A stretch of 59,102 nucleotides of DNA, filler included, from Sphacelaria rigidula (Eukaryota): the NCBI GenBank assembly GCA_964200075.2. It is 10 parts of 10 records of this genome, joined end to end, with 100 filler letters (N's around TTAATTAATTAA, not from the genome) between each part and the next. Parts side by side here need not be neighbours in the genome. Positions count along the whole stretch, not along the records: positions 1 to 5,821 come from CAXNAA020024208.1; positions 5,922 to 11,742 come from CAXNAA020024209.1; positions 11,843 to 17,663 come from CAXNAA020024210.1; 7 more parts are not named here. The stretch is one strand, 5' to 3'. Below the pieces are notes generated by a model. It ran no database searches, was not told where the DNA came from, and saw nothing but the letters and a program-made list of their open reading frames with translations. Every line of letters begins with the position of its first letter. The first letter of the stretch is position 1. Positions 1 to 12,680 of the stretch are shown in pieces. Both the position numbers and the translations under genes were made by a program.

Positions 1-1546
1 GGCGACAGACGCCAGCGATCTTTGAAACGCCGCATCATTCAGCAGTCTGCTGATATATACCAGCACACCAGGGTACAGCATCACTACAGTACAGTCGTCA
101 GTTGGATAAAATGGATGCCCCACAATAAAGTTGCACACACACACGACGGGGGTAAGTGTTAGTCCCACGCGTGGGATTGTTTCGCCGGTAGCGCCCATGC
201 GAGGCGCTTCATCCAGTCTGAACCAGCTATCGCGCCTTGATGGCCACTTCCGCCGTGGCTATGTTGAGAACTGGTTTCGGGGTGGGGCTGTCGAAGGATA
301 CTACTGTAGTGCAACCCGATTGCAAAATCCAAGCCGTTCTTGTTAATTTAGAACCCGCAGCAGCTGTAGTTTGAATATTCCTCCCGACGGTCCCAAACGG
401 GGTCTGAACTAGCGACGGAAAGTGCTGGCACCCTCTCCCTCAGATAGGATTTGTGACAACTGTGGGGGTATTCGGGGAACATCACTCGGCATGAAACATT
501 TAGAATAGTATTCAGGAGTATCGTAGTACATCTTTCCCTGTTTTAAATCGAAATTTCCTTGCTTGAACGCTTTATACCCGTTACAATGAACGACTGCTTT
601 CCAAGAAAACCATCCGTTACTTTAGGACTTCCCCCGGGGAATTTTGGCGGTCCGATCGGATCATCTAAATTTCCCAAAACTGTTTCTTCCCCTAGGACCC
701 CAACATTTCGTTTATCGAAATCCGGATTTGTGGGGCGTGTAGCAGTTGTCAATAGCTACCAGTAGGTGAAGGAATGGAACCATATCTTGAACATTTGGTG
801 CGGATACGAATATTTCAATCCTCCGGGTTCTGATCCTCAATGAAAAGCCCCATCCTCAATTTTGATTATTAGCTGTTACTTCCGGTCGTATTTTCGAGCT
901 GTTGAGAGCCGTTTTGACTGTGTGGAATAAGATGAAAGAGCGAAATTTTTCAACTGTACGAGCATTGTCGAATTCGGTGCTCTTGCTGTTGTACAGGCAG
1001 GCAGTACAAGTATAGAGCAATGAAAGCTATGTCCACGGGTTTGTATGATGTACCGCCGACAACGCTGCTTGAAAGCTATTACTCTTAGGGAAAACCTTTG
1101 CGGTCGCCGCTTGACGGGGTAGGTCACAAATGCGACGGCAACTCGTTGATCATAGAGCACTCTTGTTCCTGATGAAACCATAACCCTATCTCGTCTCAGC
1201 TGGCTGTATCCTCAAATGCAACACACACACACACACAGCCTACTGCGCACCCGGCCGGTTGTACTTCTGAAAAGCTCAAGTTACACGGTGGCAGCCCCCA
1301 TATGAGTCACGCCAGCAACAGGTAGGTCACCGCCAGAGGTATCTTTTTTCATTCTGCCTGCCGAGAAAGTCTCAAAGAGCGTTTGATCTATCATACATCC
1401 CCCCAACTGAGGTGTGGGAGACTTGTCCTTGTTGTGAACACACAGGGGTAGAGGTCGGGCAAAATCAACGATGACAATAGCACTCCCAAGTTGCGATCAG
1501 ATCTTCTTATTGCCGCAACACCGTTTATGCTTGCATGTGTGTGTAA

Positions 1547-1936
1547 GAACAGTGGCGGTGACGGGAACACCGCCCTGGCTTTGGACGATGTCTTCTGCAG
1601 CGCACAGAGGCGCGTCCTGTCCAAAACGAGAGGCAGAGAGGATTCGATCTTTTCATTGGTCAGCGCCATAGACAAGGAAATATTACATCAGTCAAGATGC
1701 GACACCGCCTCGACACCTAAATATTTTGTTGAGAGCTGTGCAACAATAAACTGCCTGTCGGTACATGGTAAATAATTGGGTATGTGCTGGTAACATGATA
1801 GCAGTCTCTCCAGCGATTGGGAATCGTCGAACGAGAACACACAAAGGGTACGAGCGAGGAGCTTCGTCCCCGCCGTTGCTCCTCCGGGCTATCGTCATCC
1901 ACACGTGTGTACACTGCATTCATTCGGTGCACCTAG
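1547..1936 (+). mobile_element. Diverged copy of the long terminal arm of the contig 4 foldback element
   Basis: Aligns with 18830-19187 (gaacagtggcggtgacgggaac...gcgcacagaggcgcgtcctgtccaaaacgagaggcagaga...ggtgcacctag). Confidence 0.8.
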
Positions 1937-2453
1937 CCCCGCCTTCATATCTGCTAGAGAAATGTTTGTCGTGAAGATAATTAATTACCCTTGGCATGAC
2001 TTTTTGGCATAAAACTGCCGCTAGAACCTCATTTTGTGTTCACCCTCATTTTCCAGGATCGTCTGCTCTATGTCACCTTTGGGGTCCAGAACAGCACTCT
2101 TCTCACTACACAAAACGCATTCTTCCATAAACACGTGGGTGTTGGGCATCTATATAGAAAACAGTCCCAGAGAACTTCTGACCAGTTTCGACCTTGCAGT
2201 CCAGTATGTGTGTGTTGCTGCATGCTTTCGCTGGATACGACGGAAGGAGACAGTCAGCGTGCCATCGCTGTCCACTGAACACAGTCTACTGCACGCTGCT
2301 GATGTCTCCTCTTAGTGTTCCATAATAACACTACAGTGTGAAGCTATGCTGGCAACACTGGAGGGGTCAGGCAGGCGGCATAGACCGCGAGCAGAGCAAA
2401 AAGCGACATAGACCACGAGCAGAGCAAAAACACGTTGTTTGTGCGCGAATTCC

Positions 2454-3693
2454 GTGTGTGTTATCATCTCATCAATAGTATGCTGGACACCTTCTACACC
2501 TTTCGGTACAGTATTAAGCGTCAGAAGTATGCATATTCGTAATTTCTTATTTTCTCAAAGGTTTTCCAAATTTGTTTGGCTTGCCATCGCTCATCACAGT
2601 GACTGCTGGATGCAAAAAAATGGGCATGTGGAGGTACTTCAAGATCTTGATAAATATTGAAAGAAGAAATATCTGTCATCAATATTGATTGACCTACGGG
2701 CTTGACCGATCTTCGGGGGTGCTGCAAAAGTGCAACCCCAGGTTCTAGCTTCTCAATATTTTCGGTGGACCGACTCAATCCCGACCATATGAGAGAAGAC
2801 TCAAAAGTGATTATTATCCTCCTATTCACTGCGCCAAAGTCGGAGAACTATGTTTCTTGAACCATTCACGACCAATAACACCCTCCTGATAAACGGGGTC
2901 TTTACTCCGTATCGCCCCCAGAACACCAACTTGGGCATTGTGATTTGAGCACGGTCTGCTTATTTTGCCAAAACTATCGGCGCTAGCACTTTCGAGTGCT
3001 CATGAAAATGTTGTGCGAAAACCCCCGAACAGAGGCCTTCCGCAGAAAATGCTAGACTGAGGTCTGTGCAGTATAGGAGGAAAACACGATCTCGATCGTT
3101 ATTATGAAGAATTCTATACCTATTGACTTATCTGAATATTTACCGCTTCGTTGCGGAAGAGCCGCAAAACTACTTTTATTGGACCAAAAGCGGTAAAAAA
3201 ACCCTCCTGATAAACGGGGTATCTAGTCCGTATCGCCCCAAAAAGACCAACTTGGGTATTGCAGTTTGAGCGCGGCCTACGCTTCCCCCTAAATCTACCG
3301 GCGCTAGCACTTTCAAGTAGTAATGAAGAACATTAGTGGAGAAAGACTACATCAACAACGAATTCTAAATACTCCTGATGCTGACTACTATATATGTGGG
3401 CGCATCAGTCGGGGTCACACAGGAGGAAGGCCAACCCGGCAGATATATTTTGTTTTTTAGTCTTTCACCTTCCTTCTGTGGGGCTTGCCTTATTTTTTAT
3501 CGCGAGGGGGGTTCCACAGTACCTTCCCCTTGTCGACCGTGAAGTCGAATTTTGTGTACCCACGACATGGTCGCTCTCCGCACGGTTGGGCATGGTGTGA
3601 ACTCCCGAATCGTGTGACTGCACAGAGATTCGAACCCTCGACCCAATCGTCAGAAGGATTCGAGGTTACCACCTGAGCCACCGCGGCGATCGG
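2454..3693 (-). mobile_element. tRNA-derived SINE interrupted by a MITE
   Basis: Minus-strand head has A-box TGGCTCAGGTGG and B-box GGTTCGAATCT at about 3625-3690, and the element ends in a (CA)n tail. The body matches the uninterrupted copy at 13978-14262. Confidence 0.75.
2509..3390. mobile_element. Non-autonomous TIR element (Tc1/mariner/pogo-type MITE, about 880 bp) with TA target-site duplication
   Basis: Termini cagtattaagcgtcagaagt ... actcctgatgctgactacta flanked by TA/TA. The empty site (tttcggta|tata) is visible in the second SINE copy. A second copy lies inverted at 31163-32067. Confidence 0.85.
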
Positions 3694-3984
3694 TCCATAT
3701 ATGGTTGAATTGTCATGACCAAAACGAGAAGTACGGTTAGGGAGCGAATTAATCCAACCACCACCTGTAGTCCATCTGTAAGAGAACGAGGTGAGTTACC
3801 ACTTCGATCGTCGAATATGTCATGTGTTGGTCAGAATGGTGGTCGCTCCGCTCCTCTCGGGCCTCGTTCCCGGCTTACTATTTTCCGTCAGAAAGGTTAC
3901 ATCCGTCCGTCGGAAAAATGATATGTGCACCCGGGTGCACCGTCGACTTTCATGCGCACCCAAGGGTCTGTCGCGAGAAGAGAC

Positions 3985-4480
3985 GGAGCCAACCCCCCCA
4001 CCCCCCTGGAGGGCAACTTTTTCGAAAATTGTCATGATATGTATTTTTAGTTGATATTGTTGAAGAAATTGATCAAGAAGCCCTGACGGAAACCGAAAAG
4101 TCTTGAGGGCTTTGCGAGGTTTGTGTATTATTTGCTTCTGCTCCTTGCTCGCTGTCCCGATGACCTCGGATGCCGGCCACGCTCGCACACATGTATGCAT
4201 GCGAGCGCACGGTAGCGTCAGCCTGCAGTCAAAGTAACAAAACGTTCTCTCACGCCTCATCAAACTTGCCCAGACTGCTGGTGGGTACTCGAGGCACACG
4301 ACACCGAACATGATCCCATGAATGTGATCATGATACGTGATAAGCCTGGGGGGGCGGAGTGTCCGTCATCTCATCAGTCTCCATGCCGAGGATCTCTGTA
4401 TACGGCAGCCGACCGCATCCGCCAACCCCTCGGCAATAACCTGGGGGACAGCAGGCTAGGTCCCCCCCCCACCTCGAAGA
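3985..4480 (+). repeat. Dispersed repeat of about 500 bp, probably a non-autonomous TE
   Basis: Colinear with 52575-53075 (tttttcgaaaattgtcatg...gtcccgatgacctcggatgccggccacgctcgcacac...gaccgcatccgccaac). Confidence 0.8.
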
Positions 4481-5821
4481 CTTTAATTTTCGACAGACCC
4501 TTGGCACACCCTGGGATAATGACGAAAATACCTGCGGCTGGTAAGCGCCGCAGGACCACCCCGACCGTGGTGACTTGAGTCACGCTCTTACACTTACAAT
4601 CGGAGCCAGCACATCTAACGCAGGGTACAGAAGTACACTATATCAAGATGATGTTCACCTCTCTCTCATATCTCGCTACCTATCCCGTGACCAACCTCTT
4701 TTTGTCTCCGTGCCTTTCCATTGCCAGCTCCAAAAAAAAAAAGTGCTCTGTGCTGATTGTTCAAGGGTTCAAAATTCTTTGCTCGCTCACTCCTCGTCCA
4801 TGTATTGTACGAGCTGGGCCGACCTAGATGCGGATTCAAGCTCTCAAAGCAATATCTCATCGACACAGACGGTTCGGACCGTGATCTGCATATTATATGA
4901 ATACGATATTATCGTATCCATCGTCTGGTCATGGAGAAAGTGCCATGTGATCGAAAGTCTGGGCCAACTTTTTCTCGTTGATTAAATCCAATGTCTAGTC
5001 CCTCCTATACCGTACGGAGATAGCGTCGATACTGAAGTCTAAATGAAACCCCGAACGATGTATACAGCGTATGATCGCGATTTTTTGTGTGGACATTTCC
5101 TGGAGGACGGGGAAACGATCGATACTTCCACTTTTACCTGATTTGTTATCTGTCTCGAGATATGTCGCACATAAGGCTTTATACTAACATGAACATATTT
5201 CGAGCAGAGGCACATAGTAGTGCACAAACTCGGGATATTAGGTCTCAGTTTCTGAGAGTTGTGCTTTGAAATTTCATATGGAGATTCGCTGGTGCAAAAT
5301 GAAAAAAAATCATCGTTTGCTGTTTTTCTTCATTTCTTGTTCAGTTTTTTCAGCTTCTCAGGGAAGCTTGAAGGCAAAATGAACCCTGCTCTCGGACAAT
5401 TAGAGGAGTTGATGTTTGAAACTTCTCATGGAGAATTGCAAAGGAATGCCGGAGAAAAAAAATGGGCCTTTTTATTTATTTATTTTTGAGAGAGAGGGGG
5501 GGGCGGGCCTTCTCGTGGAAATACGGTCTTTACTAAACTAAAGCGTCCTAAGGTCAACTCTTATGGGAGCATTTAGATTTTTTTTTGCAATAATTTTCAA
5601 CGACTTTTTTTTTCTTCTTTGCCGTACGAGTAGTTGTGTATTTTGTGACCGTTAACCATGATGACAAAGAAAAAAAAAACTTCTCTGAAATTGTTGCGAA
5701 ATATAATTTCAAACGCTCCCATAAGAGTTGGCCTACTTCTTATGCATCGGAAAACACGTTGTCAGAAAAGCCCTTTTTCAACAACACGTTTTCCAACAGA
5801 AGTTTTCAAATTAGCCCTTCT

Positions 5822-5921
5822 NNNNNNNNNNNNNNNNNNNNNNNNNNNNNNNNNNNNNNNNNNNNTTAATTAATTAANNNNNNNNNNNNNNNNNNNNNNN
5901 NNNNNNNNNNNNNNNNNNNNN
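5822..5921. other. Artificial contig linker N44-TTAATTAATTAA-N44. The same linker occurs at 11743-11842, 17664-17763, 23585-23684, 29506-29605, 35426-35525, 41346-41445, 47265-47364 and 53184-53283
   Basis: Identical 100-bp spacer with stops in all six frames. Flanking contigs are 5821,5821,5821,5821,5821,5820,5820,5819,5819,5819 bp, i.e. length-sorted. Confidence 0.98.
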
Positions 5922-7514
5922 TTTTTTTTGCGTTCCCCCACTTCCAGGGCACGCCCCGGCTTTCCGCCCTTTGTGGGGTGGGCGCCGGGGGGGGGGGGGG
6001 GGGGGGATCAAGAGTTCTTACTTCCGGCGCCCTCGCTGGATCCAGGGCATTTTTCTCATTACCCTTGGATATCACCACTTGGTCGAATGGTACTTTCGCG
6101 AATTTTAGTACATAATTTGAGTGTGAACACTTCTCTTCGGATCTTTGGGAGGCGTGACGGTCCCAAGTACTCTTATTTTAGCATGCGCAGAACGCGTTTT
6201 TGTCCAGAATCGGTGCCTCAGGTGCCGATTCGAGGCCTGCCAACACACACTTTACCTAGGGCACCCTATGCACTCCCCTTGCCCGACGGCTCTCGGTATG
6301 CCTTGGGTCGGGGTCAGGGTGACAGCTGAATAGCATAATTTCAACATCATAGATTCCGAGAAAGTTATTTGAATAGTCATTCGACCAAGAAGCGGTTATT
6401 CGAGCTGCAAAAAAACAATATAATCGACTTCTCCCCAACCCGGGTCCCCAAAATCCATGGTTGAAAAACTCCTTGGTTCTACAGGATGACATTTAGATCT
6501 TGAAAAAGGCTTGTAGTTCCGAGGCAACACTCAGCATGCTTGGCGCGCACTCGAAGGCCTACTTTGCCCACTGTTAGGACACTGCATGCAATCTACCCAG
6601 CCCGAGGGTTCTCGGTTTGCAATGGATTCGGCTTTGGTAGGTTTCGCCTTGTAATTCAACAAAAACAAAGTATGTTCAACCGTGGATTCAGGGAGGCAGG
6701 CGGCTTGGAGAGAACCCGCCTCGAAAAAGTACTGTGGTCTCATCGCGGCACAAGGGACGACTCACGCGTCCCCATTTCCATTTATTAATAGTGAGCACAC
6801 GAGTACCGTGTGTACCTATCGGTGTAGTTAGCCAACCTGTGTTTCATAAAAAGATTCGAAACATGGTTGAAAACTAGCCCACCATTACAGTGAAACGCGG
6901 ACAGAACATTGCGGCTGAGAGGTGATGATAAGGGCCTGACGAATGGGGCTCATAAATGATCCCTATATTTATTATACTATACTGGTTCTAATACATTCCA
7001 CACGCACGACGCAGCAGAACAGGACAGATGAAGTATACCGGAGTTAGTGGTGGCTCTAAAGCTCGTCTGGAATGTTTTACTCAGCATGAAGAAGAAAGCC
7101 TCCTTGAACACTGTGCGCGTGCGTTAGACATTAATCCTCATAACATGTTCTGCGCGACGTACACGAAACGCCGAAAAGTCGATGCAGTGGAGATGCTGCC
7201 GCAGTGCAGTCAAAACTTACGAGCCCAATCCGCGGTACGATCATCAAGTAATTGCACTATACACTAGATCAGTGTAGTGCGGGGTCCCATACAGTGCGGT
7301 CGTGCCTGGTGGCAACCCACCGTATTATGCGGGGGCCCAGACTGTATTGCAGGATTCGATCAGCTGTAGGTGTGCGATACTGAAGCATTTCATTTCGGAT
7401 GGAGTTACGAATTGCAAGCAAGGGTCGAGTATGGACACGTAACAGTGTTTCTCAGTAGCGGGCTGGTCCTGTCTCCAAATAGGGTCACTGTAACTATCGG
7501 ATTAACGTGCAGAT

Positions 7515-7533
7515 TTAGTAGTAGTAGTGGCAG

Positions 7534-7566
<33 letters not shown>

Positions 7567-7582
7567 CACTACTATTACTACC
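7515..7582. repeat. (TAG)n/(TAC)n microsatellite
   Basis: agtagtagtagt followed by a long actactactact tract. Confidence 0.9.
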
Positions 7583-7675
7583 ATTAATGTCACGTGACTT
7601 GTTAAGTACCGCACAAACTTTTTCCTTCCCTGCAAGGATACAGTCAGTACACACACGCACACAGCAGACACTTAC

Positions 7676-7840
7676 CATCGGTCGCGAGTCCAGGAAATGA
7701 TCGGCGATGACTTCCATCTTGCTCTGGAAGAACTGTGGCACTCCGGGTAGAATGAACACGTTCTCGCACTGGAGTATCGGCCAATTGTTGTGATCTACTG
7801 GTGCCACCCTTAGCTTGGCCAGTTCTGGAAGCATCGCCAT
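7676..7840 (-). CDS. Internal exon of a molybdopterin-binding (MoCF_biosynth/CinA-like) domain protein, probably FAD synthase
   Basis: CAG acceptor at 7843-7841 and GTAAGT donor at 7675-7670. 55 codons: MAMLPELAKLRVAPVDHNNWPILQCENVFILPGVPQFFQSKMEVIADHFLDSRPM, containing the NVFILPGVP motif. Confidence 0.85.
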
Positions 7841-8392
7841 CTGATGCATGACATAGACAACCAGGATAAACCGCCACGGTAATCGGAGCGGGCCGTAAAA
7901 TTCTGAGCGTGCGTTCCACTCCAGTGACAGTTTGAACCCTTTGACCGCAAGCAGAGGTCAATTGCTGTAACAGCATCAATTTCACTTGAAAAATGAATGC
8001 ATAGCCAGATGATCTACCCTCGCTGTCAACGGATTGAAGTCGTGATATGTAACAAGTGTCTGGTGCCGAAGCTCATGATGATATAGCGGTACGTGCGATG
8101 CGCCAAGTTGACGGGGGGTTTAGTGGGTTGGACCTCAACACTTGCCTCGAGTAAACCTTGCGAACGCACGAGGCGCCTACCCGACATGATCGCCACGGGG
8201 CAGTGTAGCCGAGCCTCCCGGTGATCGTCACACGAACCCGCTTGCGGGATTACAGTAGTGTTGGGTCAGGTTTCCTCCTTCCTTCAAGAAAAACAGGAAA
8301 AACTGTCGGAGGAGGTCATACTATCACTCCCTATTGATGGTAAAATATCTTTCTAGCAAATTCATGATTTTGAAAAAAAGCGATAACATTAA

Positions 8393-8516
8393 CCCTTTCA
8401 CCGCGAGGGTAGGCGATCCGTGGGATCGTCATCATCTACGCTTGGAAAATAAGGTAGAATGAATGATGCCGTTTCAAGATATCACCTACACCTACAGTAC
8501 CCTCGTGGTGAAAGGG
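8393..8516. mobile_element. piggyBac-like MITE of about 120 bp. Related copies or fragments at about 7935-8037, 14378-14440, 17335-17440, 17584-17663, 26297-26398, 34580-34770 and 35180-35295
   Basis: TTAA-ccctttcaccgcgagggta ... taccctcgtggtgaaaggg-TCAA, giving CCC/GGG termini with TTAA-like flanks. Most other copies share a core of cacttg(a/g)aaaa. Confidence 0.75.
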
Positions 8517-10259
8517 TCAACGCTTTGATTGCGAGGATAGGTCATCTGGCCATGCGTTAGTTCTCCAGGTGAAATTGATGCTGATTCTATAAATGACCCA
8601 GGCTCGCGGTCGAAGACTAATAACGTTATATAACCCTAACCTTAACTCAAGGAATACCTAGCGTCGAGCAATGAAGGCATGAACTGCTCCCTGGGTAGTA
8701 CGTCATTTGTTTCGGCTCAAATCAGCGCCTGACCCTAGAAAGGGTGCTGCATAAGCTGCACGGATGCTGGGCCACGCTCAGGACTGTGAGCCCTATTAAC
8801 TTCCGAACACGAGTATCGACTACTACAACCAACTATAAGGTCGATTGTTGCTTAATGTAGTCGACCTGGGGTAAACTCTACTGCAAAGAGAAGGCTCACC
8901 ATATATACTTCGAGGAGTACATGAGAAGATATCTTACTGTCATCTCCGGAGTAAAGCATTGATGGGAGTCAACAGGCGTGTAAAACGTACGGTCTCCGCT
9001 GTCAATTGACCAGCAGATTCAGCTGGGAAAACGGGATATCGGTGTACACTCACAAAACCATCACGTCCTGGTGATTATAACTCGAAGTGGTCGGGCTGAA
9101 TTCAGTTCGGGCGAAGGATTTGTCTTCATTTCTGACCCCTCCCCTTCGTCGGGATGAGTCTGTGGTCTAATGGCCTCAAGGGATCAACTATTTCCCTCCC
9201 CCCGTGACACGTCTGACATTCTGTTATCGCGGATTGGATCATGACTATCAGCACCACCTATTGGATCATGACTATCAGCACTACCTCCCGCACCGCGTCG
9301 ACCGTCGTTCAACAAACTCAGCCAAGAAACAGACTCTTACTCCTATTTATTTTATTTGCTTTGTACTTTCCTCTTCTTCTCCCTTTTTCTTGTTTTAGGT
9401 CGGCCATTTCCTTCTGTGCTTTGCTTGTGTTGACTTTTTCATTACTTCTTTTTTTTGTCACGATCTAGTCTGCTATGTCGTCCTGTTCGACCCCTCTTTT
9501 TCCTTTTTTTCATTTTCTGTTCCTTCTTCTTGCTCAGAGCGTGTTTCGGTTTCGTTTTTGTTGGGTACGTCCATCATGACACCACGGCTGGACCCCTGGG
9601 GGATCAGTTAAAGTGCGACAATCAACCAATCAAAAATCAAACTCCTACCCACATTCTCACGCTTTCAACGACAAAACCGACACTCCTGAGAAAAAAAAAC
9701 ACACACACAAAGTGGGCGCATTCTGGCGGGTGTCGAACCCGCGCGTCTCTCGCCCCGACGGTGTCACTTATACCATTGCACCACCTACGCGAGGCGGTTT
9801 ACACAGAACTACAGATTCGGATTGCGGCAGATGAACTTGGGTCTCTCTCTCACAAGTACCTGAATTATGTCGTTGGAAACGCAAGAGCGCGAGCAGCCGA
9901 GAGAGACTTTTTTGGCAATAGTCGATGGATTGCGGATGTATTTGGTCATGATCCAAGCCGTGACTAAATGAATGCGAGGCATGTATACTGTACCGTGGGA
10001 AACATGGGTTGATTGATTTATTGAGCCATGAGACCACGGACTCATCCCGAGGAAGGGAAAGGAAGGGGGTTCAAAGCGTGAGGGGAAAAAATGGGGAGAA
10101 ACAAAAATAAAAGAAGCAAAAAGGTCTACAACGGATACGCGCATCGATGGCGTTCCACGTGCTGGATGAGTGACGAGGTATCCGCGACAGGATCGAGTAC
10201 AGCGGATACAGGCACCTGCTGCGTTCCTCGTGTCGAGAGTTGAACTCGGTAGACCATAC

Positions 10260-10331
10260 CTTCCGCTGTGCTTCCGTGAGCTGTGCGGTGTCGTCCAGCT
10301 GAAAGTTGGTGGCCAAGGTGTTGAGCATGAC
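10260..10331 (-). CDS. Upstream exon of the same FAD synthase/CinA-like gene
   Basis: GTGCAG acceptor and GTATGG donor. 24 codons VMLNTLATNFQLDDTAQLTEAQRK join in phase 0 to MAMLP, giving the AQRKMAMLP motif. Confidence 0.75.
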
Positions 10332-10864
10332 CTGCACACGGTGCGGGAACACACACCGAAGGTATATCAGTAGAGGGACACGGTTACAACGTTTCAGTAC
10401 ATCGCAAAAAGCATTCGACCCCTCGATGCCGCGATGGCTTCTCCCTCTCCATTCAGCGCATGATGACCGGTTTCAGACTTCATAAAACCCTTCATATGGG
10501 CGACATTGAGTTTAATGTAGATTTTTCTTCCTCAGACCAACCACTGCTTTTATGGGGAAAGCTATCGCGGTATTACTGGGGCTGGTTCCACGGGAGCACC
10601 TCTGCACATGTTGTTCCCGTAAATATGAAGTACCGCGGTGCGACGGTCATATTCCACTCCTTTCACGACACGGATTCAGGTTCTTGTTTGGCTTAACCCC
10701 TGTAATACACTTCGCCACCATTTTATCGTCTCATGTTGAACGCAAGGTTTGATGAACGAGTCGTCACATCAAACTGATGAACAACAGTGAATAGTTTATA
10801 GGCCCCTGCTGCAAGTCCGTCTCTTGATACCGCCCAGTGCTGCTTACTCGAGAAAGGAGGCCGT

Positions 10865-11035
10865 GTCGCATCGCAGCACTTTTGGCACATTTTGTCACCT
10901 TCGTCACCATTCTCCACAGTTTTCCCACGGCCCATTTCTCCATACTGTATTGTGTCATAGACCTCCTGTACGTCTAGAAAGAAACAGTACGTTGTCAGTC
11001 CGGTGTCTTCCCTACCTTGAAGAATCATACCTAAT
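10865..11035 (-). pseudogene. Decayed LINE reverse transcriptase fragment
   Basis: ILQGREDTGLTTYCFFLDVQEVYDTI...KLWRM...TKCAKSA resembles the non-LTR RT FLDxxKAYD motif; frameshifted. Confidence 0.7.
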
Positions 11036-11078
11036 GTGTACGAGCTGGGCCAGCCGAGAAGCGATTCTGCAGTTTGCA

Positions 11079-11359
11079 GGCCCATTATACGGCCAATACT
11101 TGGAGTTGGACCCTGAATTTTGGAATGGACAATGAGTAGGGCATAATAAAAAAAAAGCACTGGCGTACACAAGGAATTTTGGCTTTTTTTCATGAGTTAA
11201 GGGCATTTTACCGATATCTGAAAACTGATTATTGCCCCCAACTCATGAAAAAAAAAGCAAAATCCCTTGTGTACGCCAATATTTTTTTCTATTATGCCCT
11301 ACCCATTGTCCATACTAGATTTCAGGGTCCAACTCCAAGTATTGGCCGTATAATGGGCC
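11079..11359. mobile_element. Foldback MITE, a 281-bp near-perfect palindrome with GGCCC...GGGCC ends
   Basis: ggcccattatacggccaatacttggagttggaccctgaa ... ttcagggtccaactccaagtattggccgtataatgggcc; arms about 125 bp. Confidence 0.85.
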
Positions 11360-12269
11360 GTTTAGTGACAAGGTCAGAAGAAATTCGGAACAGTATTCTG
11401 CAGACCATTTACCGACCCACGTTTGGTGTTTGTGTATTGAAATCTTGTGTGGGCGCTCTTTAAGACGTGATTAACAAAACAACGTGGGTCAGGTTATTTT
11501 TTCTTAATTTTTCCCAGTGGTTTAGGGCGTTCTACTATGGTAAAGACCATATTTCACGAGAACGCTTTAACCTATATGAAAAAAATATGGAAGGCCCATT
11601 TTCTTTCTTAATCAGCACTCTTTTGTGATTCTCCACACCAAAATTCGTCGCCATCCGCAAAATGCGTCGATCGGGAGTTTCATGGAGATTTGAGTATTGG
11701 CGCTATTTCCCTTAGGTAAAGGAATTACTAGACATGGGGTTTNNNNNNNNNNNNNNNNNNNNNNNNNNNNNNNNNNNNNNNNNNNNTTAATTAATTAANN
11801 NNNNNNNNNNNNNNNNNNNNNNNNNNNNNNNNNNNNNNNNNNTGTAGTTTTTGGGGTTTTAGGTATCGGGTTGTTTATTTGGGGGGGGTGGGTTTTGATA
11901 AATGGGGCCAAGGGGGGGGGGGGGGGGGGGGTTCGTGTCCGAACACTTTCTCTCGACAGACCCTTCGTAGACCATATATACTGTATATATGGTACCATAT
12001 ACGGAGTATATCTGAAAAGTAGTACAGTGCACAACAGCAGGCGGGGTGGAAACCTAGGAAGGGATCGGGATATAAAAGGGGCCCCATCAAAATAGCGCAG
12101 GAAAAGCAGCCCCCCGTCCCTCTTATCTACGCCAGTGGGATCACGAGAAGAATCGCCATAAAAAAATGAGGGTTCTCGTTTTTCCGACTACAGTTGCTGG
12201 GGGGGGCACGGCTGTTGGGGTTTAGTTGGTGGGGGCCCTTGGGATATATATGGTAACCCTATCTCTTGT

Positions 12270-12680
12270 TGGGACCGGCATTCTGTGCAATGCACCTGTT
12301 GTGCATCGAGGTATACTCCTTGTGTATGCAACATACGGCATGGTGGTACAAGTCCCGTATCAGGCTACTCCTACAGTACTGCACGGTGGCGTCCTGCCTG
12401 TTCTCTGGCTGCCCGGTCGGGAGGGCCGCCGGCGCCTTTCGGGCCGAGCCGTGCTATTGCCGTTCTGCAGTTAGACACCGGCGTTCTGTTCAACGCACAT
12501 CTTGTACACTGAGGCATGCACCTTGCGTATGCAACATACAGCATGGTGGTACAAGTTCCGTATCAGGCTGCTCCTACAGTACTGTACGGTGACGTGCTGC
12601 CTGTTCCTTCGGTACACGGCCAGGCGGGGCGCCGGCGCCTTGCGAGCCGACTCGTGTTACTGCCGTTCGGTAGTACAGCT
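12270..12680 (+). repeat. Two diverged tandem copies of a unit of about 200 bp
   Basis: gtatgcaacatac(g/a)gcatggtggtacaagt(c/t)ccgtatcaggct occurs at about 12324 and 12527. Confidence 0.85.

Noticed and set aside
5866..5877. TTAATTAATTAA recurring every 5.92 kb
   Set aside because: Synthetic linker, not biological periodicity
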